From contig NW_027271251.1 in NCBI RefSeq assembly GCF_040938485.1, positions 1,426,001 through 1,490,000 on the forward strand: 64,000 nt of DNA, in the 5' to 3' direction. Shown piece after piece: positions 51,401-57,361 of the stretch. A program made the position numbers and the translations under genes. Numbering within the stretch: the first letter of the stretch is position 1; each line of letters starts with the position of its first letter. The notes under the pieces were generated by a model that saw only the letters and a list, made by a program, of their open reading frames with translations, was not told where the DNA came from and searched no databases. The DNA is from Diadema antillarum (taxonomy: Eukaryota).

Positions 51401-54400
51401 AGTGTTGACGGGAACTTTGGAGCAGGCTTTGGAGGAGGTCTTGGCGGTGCAGATGTCAACATGCCAGATATCAATGCTGGAGGTGTCTTTTCTGGTCTTG
51501 GAGGTGTTGGAGTGAATGTTGATTCTGTCAAGCCAGAGTCTGATATCAGTGTGAAAGCTCCATCACTGTCAGGAGATGGAGATGCCAATGTCAGCTTAGG
51601 TGGTGGTATCTCTGCAGATAAGGATTTTTCTTCCAACATTCCATCAGCATCCATTGGTGGCAGAGATGGAGCTGCTAATGTAGACATTGGAGGTGGCATA
51701 GGCTTTAGCATAGGCGGAGTAGGTAGTGCTGATGTGGCAGGTGATGCTGGTGCAGATGCAGGTGCTGCTTTCAAATTAGGAGTACCAGAAGGCAATATTA
51801 GTGTGGGAGGAAGCACAGGAATTGAAAAAGATGCAAAGCACAAGAAACACAAGAAGGGGAAAAAACAACATAAAAAAGATAAGGACAAGAAGGAGAAGAA
51901 AGAAAAGAAGGAGAAGAAAGAAAAGAAGGAGAAAAAGAAAGGATTTAGTCTTCTTGGAGCTGTCGGCATTGGAGATGATTCATCAAGCTCTTCCTCCTCA
52001 TCATCATCATCTTCTGACTCAGATGACGGCTTCTTCTCGAAGATCAAAAGTGCTGTTGGACTCTCTTCTGATTCTGATAAAGAAGACAACCCTAACTCAA
52101 ACAACAACAATAGCAACCTCTGCAATGTCAACAACAACAATTCCGAGGATGGTCCAGAAGAAGAAAATTATAACAACAATGCCAATGATGATGAAGCTGG
52201 AGCTGTTGGTGGAGACAACAAACATTCGAAACTCGATGGGAAGCATAAAAAGGAGTCTACCGACAAGGTTAAGAGGCGAGGTTTTGGAAAGCTCTTTGGA
52301 GGCAAGAAGAGGTCACGCGATGTCATGCTGGAAATTCCAGATCAATCAGCAGATGGAAGACCTAGTGACGAGCAGAGGAGACCTCTAGCAGAAATTCAGG
52401 AAAGCACAGAGAAATTGCAATCACAGCCAGTGGCTGCAGAACCTCCACAGTACTCAAAAGCAGAATTTCTTGCACACTCCAATGCACCAGAAGTGGAAGT
52501 GCCCAAATATAAAAATAAGAAAAGGAGAGCACCTCAACCCCCTTCTGAAAGACCTGCCACAGTAGAAGACTCCATATCAGAGGGTTCCTGGCCATCAACA
52601 GCTTCCTTAGAATCAATGTCATCAGCAGCATCGAAAATAAGAACATCCCTAACTTCTCAGCAGCTTCAAGACAGGAAAATACTAACAAGAGAGTCTTCAG
52701 TGTCTTCAGATGTAATGGTAAGTTCTTCCTATGGTGAAGTTGCGTGTGAACACCCTCATCCTGCACAACCCTCCCCAGTGGTAGAAAATGCACATGTGTT
52801 GTCTGTCGAGTCTGTTCCAGTCACTTGCCCCAGTGTCACCTCCCCCTTGCTGACAACTGGTCATAAAGACGAGCAAAGCAAGCATGGCAGCAATATGCAT
52901 GAAATTTATGAAGTTGTCAAGAGTATGCCCCTTCCCTTTGGTGCACCACCCCCTAAACCAAAACGTGTGCATGTTTCTGCTGAAACTGACCCCCTTGATG
53001 AAAGTACTGCTGTGTGTGATATGTTAGATAAGTCTTTTGCAGTGCCTGAACAAATACCTTCTAGTCAGTCTGTTGTAGAAGAATCATCTCTTCCAGGTAT
53101 GGATATACATGCAGCTGCAAACCAACCCAAACCAACAAGTGGACTCCATTTGAAACCTGACAAATGGCAATCAAATTCCCGTGATTCTCTTCTTGGCGAG
53201 ATCCTCTTTGAATACTCCAGTGGAAATGTGTCTTCCCCATCAGAAACTGTGAATGTGTTCCCATCAGAGGATGTGGGCATCTCTCCAGTGCACTTGCCTG
53301 AGGTTGTGAAAATGCCTAACATCCCAAAGGAGGAGATAAAGAGTGAACTGCCTTCCATCACCATGGAGGAAGCATCTCCAAATGAATTGCAGCCAAGTGA
53401 GACTACCAAGCTCACAGGGGAAATAAGCACCATAGATGACGATGTTGACTTGCCTTGTCCTGAAAATCAGGAAGAGGTTAATGAGATACAAGATGGTGAT
53501 TCTCAGCCTACTATCCGGCGAAAGTCAATATCCCTAAAGAGTCATGATAGGGAAACAGAAGGAATATCTCTTGCTGTGCAAATGGCTCGAGGAGCTGCTG
53601 TACTGAAACGTGACCGCACAGCTGACAACAGGAGATTGCTTCGGGAGGGACTGTCTCAGTTGATGGGTGCTCCAATGGACATGGTTGGTTTCAAACCAAA
53701 AGCAGATTTTGAGCCTGTGAATGATGTTGGAAATGATAATGAAGGACTGAAAGTCTCACGAGAAGTTGCACAAAACAGTATTGCAAGTAATCATAACAAC
53801 CAGAAGAACCCACAGGAAGTTGCACAAGACAGTGTTCTGAGTGATCATGGAAAACAGGAGAGCTCACAGGTAGTTGCAGAAGATATTGTCATGAGTGATC
53901 TTGGAAAACAGGAAAGCTCACAGGAAGTTGCACAAGACAATGTTGAGAGTGGTCATGAAGAACAGAGGGGCTCACAAGTTGTCGAACAGGACCATGTTGC
54001 AAGTGATCATGAAGAACTGAACGACACACAAGATGAAGCAACTGGTAACATGAAGGTTAAGTCACAGCTATATTTTTCTGAAGAGAAAAGACTTTCAACT
54101 GAATGTGGAGAGTTGTCAAAAAGAAGCAAGCATAATGGAGAGAAAGTTGCAAAAATCATGGTAGATGATCGTGAAAACAAAGATGGTCTAGATGTCATCA
54201 CAAGTTCAGATGTGCTGAAAACACAAGGAACAGAAGAGCAAGAATGCAGGCAACCTGATTCACTAGATCAGACACAATCACCCTCACCTGCTCCCAAGAA
54301 AAGTGCATGGGACATTGTTCGAAGTAAATACAGCAGTGACTTCACTTCAAAACGTGATGTTGATCAAGGATCCACTGGAAGAGGAAAGCATTTGACGCAG

Positions 54401-56755
54401 GATCAAAAAGAACTAGCCAACTTAGCTAGACGCAGTGTGGTGAAAAGCACCTTAAACATGTTTGGTAGTGACAAAGTAAAGACTGATCGTGCTAGTAGTA
54501 CAAGCAAATTACCCGAAAACAGAGATGACATATCTGCTTCACAGATAGCTCAAACCAAAAGTGAAGAGAAGAAAAGGGGTCAGTCCAGTATGAAGGAAAG
54601 TGACAAAATTCATCTTGCTGCAAACAAAGATGTGAACCCTTGGAAGGATGTTCTGAAAAAAAGGAATGTGACTGAGAAAAAGTCTGACAGAGAAAGAACC
54701 AATCCCATGCCAGATGTTTGGTGGAAAGAATCACTAGTAAAGCGGAAAAGTTCCAAAGTTAAGAAAGAAGTGAAAGAGGAACTCCAGGCAGAAGAAAACA
54801 AAAGTGCTATTTCAAATGTAGCAGAAAACAAGATCGGCAGTCCGAAATCACCAAACCTAGATCCAGTGCCATTATCCAACCAAAAAGAGCCAAGTGATTT
54901 TTTGAAAAAAACTGTTGACAGGAAAGAGGAAAGTGAAGAGAGTGAATATTCTAAGGTTCCAGATAAATCACAGGTCATTCCCTGGAAAGAAGCTCTTAAA
55001 AAGAAGAAAGCTGAAGCAGAAGTAAAGAGAAAATCGTATGTTGATCCTCGAAGGAGGGCAGAAGAAGAGCACGAAGAGGAGCATTTTAACTTGATTATGC
55101 AGGCACGGAAAAATATCCGACGCTTTTCCAGGAATACAAGTGATGTTACCTCTCCAGCTGTAGATATTTCCACAGATGTTGTCATTCAAAAGAACACTGG
55201 TATTTCTTCCCCAGTTGAAGACCCCATCCCTCCAGCGGCTAAAGTAGCTGTTGCCACCGGAGATAGTAATGAAAATAGCACAAAACACAACATAGAACTT
55301 CCCGCAGTAGATATGGGTGATGATGATATCACAGACAGTCAGAAGAGCAAACTCCTTAAGAAGCCAGAAGATGACATGAAGCTGGACACTTCTGAAATCC
55401 TGTCAGATCAGTCTACAGACGACACAAAGGAAAAGGCTCAAAGGTTGCAGAGCATGAAGCAGAATGTAGCAGCATCGAGTGTTGAGAGAGCAAATAATAT
55501 GGATGACTCGCAGCATCTAAGTCGCTACCGTCAGATTCATCAGCGAACTCAGAGTATCTTATCAGTCATCAGGGCACAGCAGTCACTTGCCAATGTGCGG
55601 TCAAACCATCCAGGAAGCCAGAGTGAGATGCCAAAGACTGGAGATGATTCTACTATCACCCTGAGAGACAATGAGGCACGGATGAGATTGCGTGAAAAGA
55701 GAAGAAAAGCGAGATCCAGTCCAAACATTGATTTTGATATGACAGCCTTGAGAAACCTCATGAATGAAAAGGAGCGCAAAGCAGAAGAGACTGATGCTAC
55801 GCTCACAGATGCTTCAACAGTGGGAACCAAATGGAGTGGATCTCAAAGCCTTTCATCTCAACAGAGGTTTGTGCGGAAGCAGAAGAAAAAAACATATGGA
55901 ATGAGAAGAGGAATTCCCCTTGGCAGCTCAACAGAAGATTTGTCAGACAGAGATAGTTCATCAGAAAATGACATGTCTGATGTCTCGACAACAACAGTTG
56001 TTCCAAGAGTGCAAGATTCTGGATTTTCTGATATTTCATCCTCTGTTGAGCCAGACTCATTAATTTCAAGCACCAAACTTTCCCAGAGGGTATATGGCAA
56101 TACCAGAGAAAGCACTGTGACACTGGAAGAAAAGCTGTTTGGCAAAGTTAAAGGAAAGGGCAAGACCCTTGGCTCAGATAGAGTTGGCCGAGCTCCGTCA
56201 TTGAAGGAATCTGCAACTATGTCTGCCTCTCTTACCAACCTAGCTACCCAGCATTCTGCTAGTGACGAGTCCCTCCCAGATGATGTGAAGGAATTCATGG
56301 CCATGGACAGGGCAGATCTCCAGCAACTACTTCTGCAACAACAACAAGAGATGCGACTCCTGCGCCAGCAGATGCAAGCAGTACAACTCCAGGCTGTCCA
56401 GACTCCAACCAACCCACCTTCTGTCACCTCTAACATCCCTACCCAACCTACACAGACTACTGTCCCAGGCCTTCCTTACATGTTCCCCCATCCTAGCATG
56501 GTCATTGCTCCCACCACCTCTGGAATGGTCCCTCCTGTACAGCAGCCCATGTTCTATGTCCACCCTCGCATGCCACACAGTATGCAAATGCCTAGTATGT
56601 ACCAAATGGGCAACTTTCAGCCATATCCTCCTGTACCTTTTCCTATGCAGGGTCACCCTATCACACAAGCCATCCCAGGCAGTCTGCAGCCTGTTCCAGT
56701 CCCACCAGGGTCCACTATCTCTCCGGGGACGCCTGAACAAAGACTAAGTGAATGA
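38804..56755 (+). CDS. AHNAK-like: Giant exon, 3' segment (~5,980 aa): AHNAK-like repeat arrays plus a unique C-terminal region
   Basis: The frame is open from AAC at 38804 (NFGGGGRGGGDIDVDANIKKP...) to TGA at 56755. It continues the interrupted repeat unit exactly. The track's start at 38843 is an internal GTG (Val). Confidence 0.95.
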   Translation, partial: NFGGGGRGGGDIDVDANIKKPDVDIEGDVKLPSGGVEGGIDVDAKGPDADLSVDGPNLDVSGGGDIDVKGSGKSKGGFGFGLKMPKFKGPNFGGGGHGSGDIDVDANIRKPDVDADIAKPEVDVNVKTAKPDLDVGGGVALHAGGDMDVKGPDVSASVDGPDMDFDGKGKKKGGFSFGVKMPKFKGPNFGGGGRGDIDVDASIKKPDVDVEGDVKLPSGGIQGDVDINAKGPDADLSVDGPDLDVSGGGDVDIKGKGKKKGGFGFSWKMPKFKGFNFGGGADADIDVDADVKKPDMDIKTDANLPSGGIEGGVDVDVKRPDPDLSVDGPDAKISGGRDVDIKGSGKSKGGFGFGLKMPKFKGPHFGGGGHGSGDIDMDANIKKPDVDVEGDVKLPSGGIEGGIDIDAKGPDADLSVDGPDLDVSGGGDIDVKGSGKGKGGFGFGLKMPKFKGPHFGGGGHGSADLDVNADIAKPEVDVNVKTAKPDLDVGGDVKLPSGGLSLDAGGDIDVKGPDVDASLDGPDMDVSGGVDMDVDGSGKKKGGIGFGLKMPKFKGPHFGGGGHGSGDIDVDANIKKPDVDVEGDVKLPSGGIEGGVDINAKGPDADLSIDGPDLDVSGGGDIDMKGNGKSKGGFGFDLKMPKFKGPNFGGGGHGSADLDVDADIAKPEVDVNVKTAKPDLDVGGDVKLPSGGLALDAGGDIDVKGPDVDLSVDGPDLDLSGGGDIDMKGSGKGKGGFGFDLKMPKFKGPNFGGGGHGSADLDIDADIAKPEVDVNVKTAKPDLDVGGDVKLPSGGLALDAGGDIDLKGPDIDASLDGPDMDVSGGVDMDVDGSGKKKGGFSFGVKMPKFKGPHFGGGGRGDIDVDADIKKPDIDVEGDVKLPSGGIEGDVDINAKGPDADLSIDGPDLDVSGGGDVDIKGRGKKKGGFGFGLKMPKFKGPHIGGGLHGSGDVDVDANIKKPDVDVEGDVKLPSGGIEGGIDVDAKGPDADLSVGGPDLDVSGGGDIDLKGSGKKRKGFSFKLPKFKFPHFGGHGSADIDVDGKVKQPDVDIEGDANLPSGGIKGGIDVDAKGPDADLSVGGPDLDVSGGGDIDVKGSGKSKGGFGFGLKMPKFKGPNFGGGGHGGADIDMDANIKKPDVDVEGDVKLPSGGIEGGVDINAKGPDADLSVDGPDLDVSGGGDIDRKGSGKGKGGFGFGLKMPKFKGPNFGGGGHGGADIDMDANIKKPDVDVEGDVKLPSGGIEGGVDINAKGPDADLSVDGPDLDVSGGGDIDVKGSGKSKGGFGFGLKMPKFKGPNFGGGGHGSADLDVDADIAKPEVDVNVKTAKPDLDLGGDAKLPSGDIDVKGPDVSASLDGPDMDLNGKGKKKGGFSFGVKMPKFKGPNFGGGGHGDVDVDANIRKPDVDVEGDVKLPSGGIEGGVDINAKGPDADLSVDGPDLDVSGGGDIDRKGSGKGKGGFGFGLKMPKFKGPHFGGGGHGGADIDVDANIKKPDVDVEGDVKLPSGGIEGGVDINAKGPDADLSVGGPDLDVSGGGDIDRKGSGKGKGGFGFGLKMPKFKGPHFGGGGHGGADIDVDANIKKPDVDVEGDVKLPSGGIEGGVDINAKGPDADLSVDGPDLDVSGGGDIDVKGSGKSKGGFGFGLKMPKFRGPHFGGRGHGSGDIDVDADIKKPDVDVEGDVKLPSGGIEGGVDINAKGPDADLSVDGPDLDVSGGGDIDRKGSGKGKGGFGFGLKMPKFKGPHFGGGGHGGADIDVDANIKKPDVDVEGDVKLPSGGIEGGVDINAKGPDADLSVDGPDLDVSGGGDIDVKGSGKSKGGFGFGLKMPKIKGPHFGGGGHGGADIDVDANIKKPDVDVEGDVKLPSGGIEGGVDINAKGPDADLSVDGPDLDVSGGGDIDMKGSGKGKGGFGFDLKMPKFKGPNFGGGGHGNADLDIDADIAKPEVDVNVKTAKPDLDVGGDVKLPSGGVALDAGGDIDVKGPDVDTSLDGPDMDVSGGVDVDVDGSGKKKGGFSFGVKMPKFKGPHFGGGGRGDIDVDADIKKPDVDVEGDVKLPSGGIEGGVDINAKGPDADLSVDGPDLDVSGGGDINAKGSGKSKGGFGFGLKMPKFKGPHFGGGGHGGGDIDVDADVKKPDIDAEGDIKLPSGGIEGSVDINAKGPDADLSVDGPDLDVSGEGDIDLKGPKLKGRGSGKKKGKFGFGLKMPHFGFGGNGDAEIDGDKLDIDASVKKPVVNVGGNLDLPKAEGDISGPNLNVDGPDGKVNITGNIGGDADINIKPETDISIKAEKPDLDIGGKGSLGGEVLTGNVGADLDGPDADLEADFKGTKGKKGSKGKGKFKFGLNLGTPSFKLGGKGHEPDANLSGGADVDGPDVHISAHGKADGPDISPRGDSNLPSASVSGSVDAPDSGWGFGKKKKYKISGGSKKDKGFGIGGKFKVGGDGSGDASLHAPDVNIGGNVDGDGSITVDGKKDISAPDADIKLGVKGGKKKKKKGKKFRLGGFKLGFGGSDEHTSSSESSSSSSSDEGDGKGGFGFGFGGRKGAGDIGAGLSVDVKGPDVDASGNVPQGKGGLSVDKPDVSIGGGGISGGFGLGGNVDIDKPDVDVDGNLRGPSAGLSVNAPDIAGGIGKAGLGGVLPSGSLSLGGGDVSGPEVNIEGKGDLSGGIGGIGGIGVGMGGAASLPDGSASLPSADLGAGGKAGLEIGGGGLDGAGAGLDADIAIPKGNLSFGTSGGIAAPAGDLSVEKPEFDIGGKASHDLDVDIKKPDGPDAQVNLGGGGFSLGSAKLEAGLDVVKPEADINIKSSRPDIGVDGNDGVNVEAPDVDLDIEKPKADIGFGIGIGGKKKGSGKKGKGGGFHFGKMKLGGGGKGHVNGDAELPDPSVSGKIAAPDVSGDLEGDANLKATTEVPGLNVTVDVPDKDIDVKGPELDTPSGGIGFGFGKRSKKGGSGKKDKKGKFKIGGKLGFGGSGSADVDPEADISLPSGEVSADIDTSAKLEGDLDIKTAKPSIGGEAELKAPNISLDGGADGNLDMPSDGVKIGSGGKIKGKGKKKGKGGFGLGGLKIGFGGKDTSSDSSDEGKTGLNIGLKGPDVNLDDVNVNGDSGLKVGGDINAPSTDVNIGGGLDMGGGADVSVKPSADINVRSNKPEMNIGGAILGGDVKEPDMDVKGPEIDIPSGGIGFGIGKKGKTGSGKKDKKGKFKVGGKFGFGSGEADVTPPSVDIEGDIDADGKGGAVPEVDAPEGGFGLKFGKKKGKKDGSGKKDKSGKFKIGGKLGFGASGGNNIDVKEPEGAVSLPSAKIDIGGTDADAGLHIKPEVDATIRSSKPDVDGDVDIKLPEKPDINIGGVGKLDGGRGIDVNVGGVGMDFDKANMAIDGKGGLESNVGLGGVDVSADGGKQDFNLGGVSGIDVNMPDVKVGKIEGGLGVGGDVDLNVDGAVTGPDIKEEADGKGKFGFGFGFGKSKDKSSTSSSSSSSSSSSSDSSDSEGKKKHKRHKKKKKGKKGFGFGFGFGGSGDAEKEIDIGGGVDSSGKGSIKPGFEIDMEKPDFKPEGGMSVDFGGGVDVPSAKIDGEKSNSQIGGFGVNIGGGVGGLGFDVKPNVEVGEHEGKGTGIGGDAGMDFNAGSGMRVDSDKPDVSIGKPEGSIGGNLGAGFGGGLGGSTGGSLGGAGVSLDIDKPDVNIGKPEGSIGGNFGAGIGGGLGGGAGVSLDIDKPDVNIGKPEGSIDGNLRAGIGEGLGGGVGVSLDIDKPDVNIGKPEGSIAGNLGAGFGGGLGGSTGVSLGEGAGGSLDIDKPKVNIGKPEGSIGGNLGAGFGGGLGGSTGVSLGEGTGMSLDIQKPDVNIGKPEGSIGGDLGAGIGGGLGGGAGVSLDIEKPDVNIGKPGGSIGGNLGAGFGGGLGGGTGISLGEGAGGSLDIDKPDVNIGKPEGSIGGNFGGGIGGGLGGSAGASLDIDKPDVNIGKPEGSIGGNLGAGFGGGLGGSTGVGLGEGAGVSLDIDKPDVNIGKPEGSIGGDLGAGIGGGLGGGAGVSLDIDKPDVNIGKPEGSIGGDLGADIGGGLGGGAGVSLDIDKPDVSIGKPEGSIGGNLGAGFGGGLGGGTGVGLGEGVGVNLDIDKPDVNVGKPEGSIGGNFGAGIGGGLGGGAGVSVDIDKPDVNIGKPDGSIGGNLGASIGGGLGIGTGAGLGESGGVSLDVDKPDVNIGKPEGSVDGNFGAGFGGGLGGADVNMPDINAGGVFSGLGGVGVNVDSVKPESDISVKAPSLSGDGDANVSLGGGISADKDFSSNIPSASIGGRDGAANVDIGGGIGFSIGGVGSADVAGDAGADAGAAFKLGVPEGNISVGGSTGIEKDAKHKKHKKGKKQHKKDKDKKEKKEKKEKKEKKEKKKGFSLLGAVGIGDDSSSSSSSSSSSSDSDDGFFSKIKSAVGLSSDSDKEDNPNSNNNNSNLCNVNNNNSEDGPEEENYNNNANDDEAGAVGGDNKHSKLDGKHKKESTDKVKRRGFGKLFGGKKRSRDVMLEIPDQSADGRPSDEQRRPLAEIQESTEKLQSQPVAAEPPQYSKAEFLAHSNAPEVEVPKYKNKKRRAPQPPSERPATVEDSISEGSWPSTASLESMSSAASKIRTSLTSQQLQDRKILTRESSVSSDVMVSSSYGEVACEHPHPAQPSPVVENAHVLSVESVPVTCPSVTSPLLTTGHKDEQSKHGSNMHEIYEVVKSMPLPFGAPPPKPKRVHVSAETDPLDESTAVCDMLDKSFAVPEQIPSSQSVVEESSLPGMDIHAAANQPKPTSGLHLKPDKWQSNSRDSLLGEILFEYSSGNVSSPSETVNVFPSEDVGISPVHLPEVVKMPNIPKEEIKSELPSITMEEASPNELQPSETTKLTGEISTIDDDVDLPCPENQEEVNEIQDGDSQPTIRRKSISLKSHDRETEGISLAVQMARGAAVLKRDRTADNRRLLREGLSQLMGAPMDMVGFKPKADFEPVNDVGNDNEGLKVSREVAQNSIASNHNNQKNPQEVAQDSVLSDHGKQESSQVVAEDIVMSDLGKQESSQEVAQDNVESGHEEQRGSQVVEQDHVASDHEELNDTQDEATGNMKVKSQLYFSEEKRLSTECGELSKRSKHNGEKVAKIMVDDRENKDGLDVITSSDVLKTQGTEEQECRQPDSLDQTQSPSPAPKKSAWDIVRSKYSSDFTSKRDVDQGSTGRGKHLTQDQKELANLARRSVVKSTLNMFGSDKVKTDRASSTSKLPENRDDISASQIAQTKSEEKKRGQSSMKESDKIHLAANKDVNPWKDVLKKRNVTEKKSDRERTNPMPDVWWKESLVKRKSSKVKKEVKEELQAEENKSAISNVAENKIGSPKSPNLDPVPLSNQKEPSDFLKKTVDRKEESEESEYSKVPDKSQVIPWKEALKKKKAEAEVKRKSYVDPRRRAEEEHEEEHFNLIMQARKNIRRFSRNTSDVTSPAVDISTDVVIQKNTGISSPVEDPIPPAAKVAVATGDSNENSTKHNIELPAVDMGDDDITDSQKSKLLKKPEDDMKLDTSEILSDQSTDDTKEKAQRLQSMKQNVAASSVERANNMDDSQHLSRYRQIHQRTQSILSVIRAQQSLANVRSNHPGSQSEMPKTGDDSTITLRDNEARMRLREKRRKARSSPNIDFDMTALRNLMNEKERKAEETDATLTDASTVGTKWSGSQSLSSQQRFVRKQKKKTYGMRRGIPLGSSTEDLSDRDSSSENDMSDVSTTTVVPRVQDSGFSDISSSVEPDSLISSTKLSQRVYGNTRESTVTLEEKLFGKVKGKGKTLGSDRVGRAPSLKESATMSASLTNLATQHSASDESLPDDVKEFMAMDRADLQQLLLQQQQEMRLLRQQMQAVQLQAVQTPTNPPSVTSNIPTQPTQTTVPGLPYMFPHPSMVIAPTTSGMVPPVQQPMFYVHPRMPHSMQMPSMYQMGNFQPYPPVPFPMQGHPITQAIPGSLQPVPVPPGSTISPGTPEQRLSE
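49679..51449 (+). repeat. Coding tandem array 2: 15 Gly-rich units of mostly 36 or 44 aa (SLDIDKPDVNIGKPEGSIGG...GGGLGG)
   Basis: agcttagatattgacaagccagatgtcaacattggcaaacctgaagg recurs at 108-nt or 132-nt spacing. Confidence 0.95.
53759..54025 (+). repeat. Coding array 3: five degenerate 18-aa units (QEVAQDSVLSDHGKQESS type)
   Basis: caggaagttgcacaagac recurs 108 nt apart (two 54-nt units). The five units align by eye. Confidence 0.8.
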
Positions 56756-57355
56756 ACATCCATCGCCAAGCAGTGAAATGGATAGGTAAATGTAAAGTGA
56801 GAACTGGCTGCAGAAATATCTATGTTCTATTGGAAAGGCATGTTCTGTACAGATTATTTTGTTGGAATCCAGAAGTGTAACAAAGTTAATGTGCTTTTCA
56901 AAAAAAAAATATCTTTCAAATGGTTATTCCTCAAGGTTCATTGGTAGTTCTCTTATTTGTATGATCATATTGTTTGTGTCATGTATGTTCTACCTAATTA
57001 TGATTTAGAAAAGTTCTTCAATATTATTGTTTATTCCCTGATGCTATATTGTCGCTACTTTATTTTCAATATCTTATTGACTGAGGAAAAATTTTCCCAT
57101 TCTTAGTATTCAGCAGATAAAGCCGAATTAGGACCAATATACTTGTAGCATTATGTGTAAAATCTAAGATCCCACATTGAAATAAGTCCAATTTGAAAAT
57201 CACAAGTCTCCATTTCTTTTGAACTTTAGAGGTTCATTTTATGATTACATGAATAAGCAGCAGCTGTGCTATTATATCAATATTAATCTTAAAAGGAGTT
57301 CTGTCAATTGGAGACATTTAATGAATTGTGGCATTTTGTTTAGTTCTATGCCAGA

Positions 57356-57361
57356 AATAAA
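57356..57361 (+). promoter_or_regulatory. Candidate polyadenylation signal AATAAA, ~600 nt after the stop codon
   Basis: First AATAAA I found downstream of TGA 56755, followed by T-rich sequence. More distal hexamers also exist. Confidence 0.35.

Larger units (their letters stand above)
14104..56755 (+). other. AHNAK-like: Spliced gene model for a giant AHNAK/periaxin-like repeat protein. Coding exons are 14104-14401, 32148-32321, 35257-35348 and 36430-56755. The product is ~6,962 aa if the 1-nt frame break at ~38803 is removed, and 979 aa as the sequence is written.
   Basis: All three introns are GT-AG and phases match: GCT G|gtaagc to tttag|GT GCC (phase 1), GCA A|gtaagt to ctgtag|GT GCC (phase 1), GTC GGG|gtaaga to ttgcag|GGG GGA (phase 0). 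All exons share the same Gly/Ala/Asp/Val-rich style. The motifs KMPKF, KGPDVD and EGDVKLPS resemble vertebrate AHNAK repeats. Orthology is not established. Confidence 0.8.

Noticed and set aside
36387-52140. Long minus-strand Pro/Ser-rich ORFs (e.g. 41887-44283, 47368-50277, 50296-52140)
   Set aside because: Antisense shadows of the Gly/Asp-rich sense frame. GGN codons read as NCC, and the repeat copies the absence of stops. No independent features.
56781-56791. AG|GTAAAT 31 nt after the stop codon (possible 3' UTR intron)
   Set aside because: Moderate donor only. No partner acceptor or downstream exon can be identified without transcripts.
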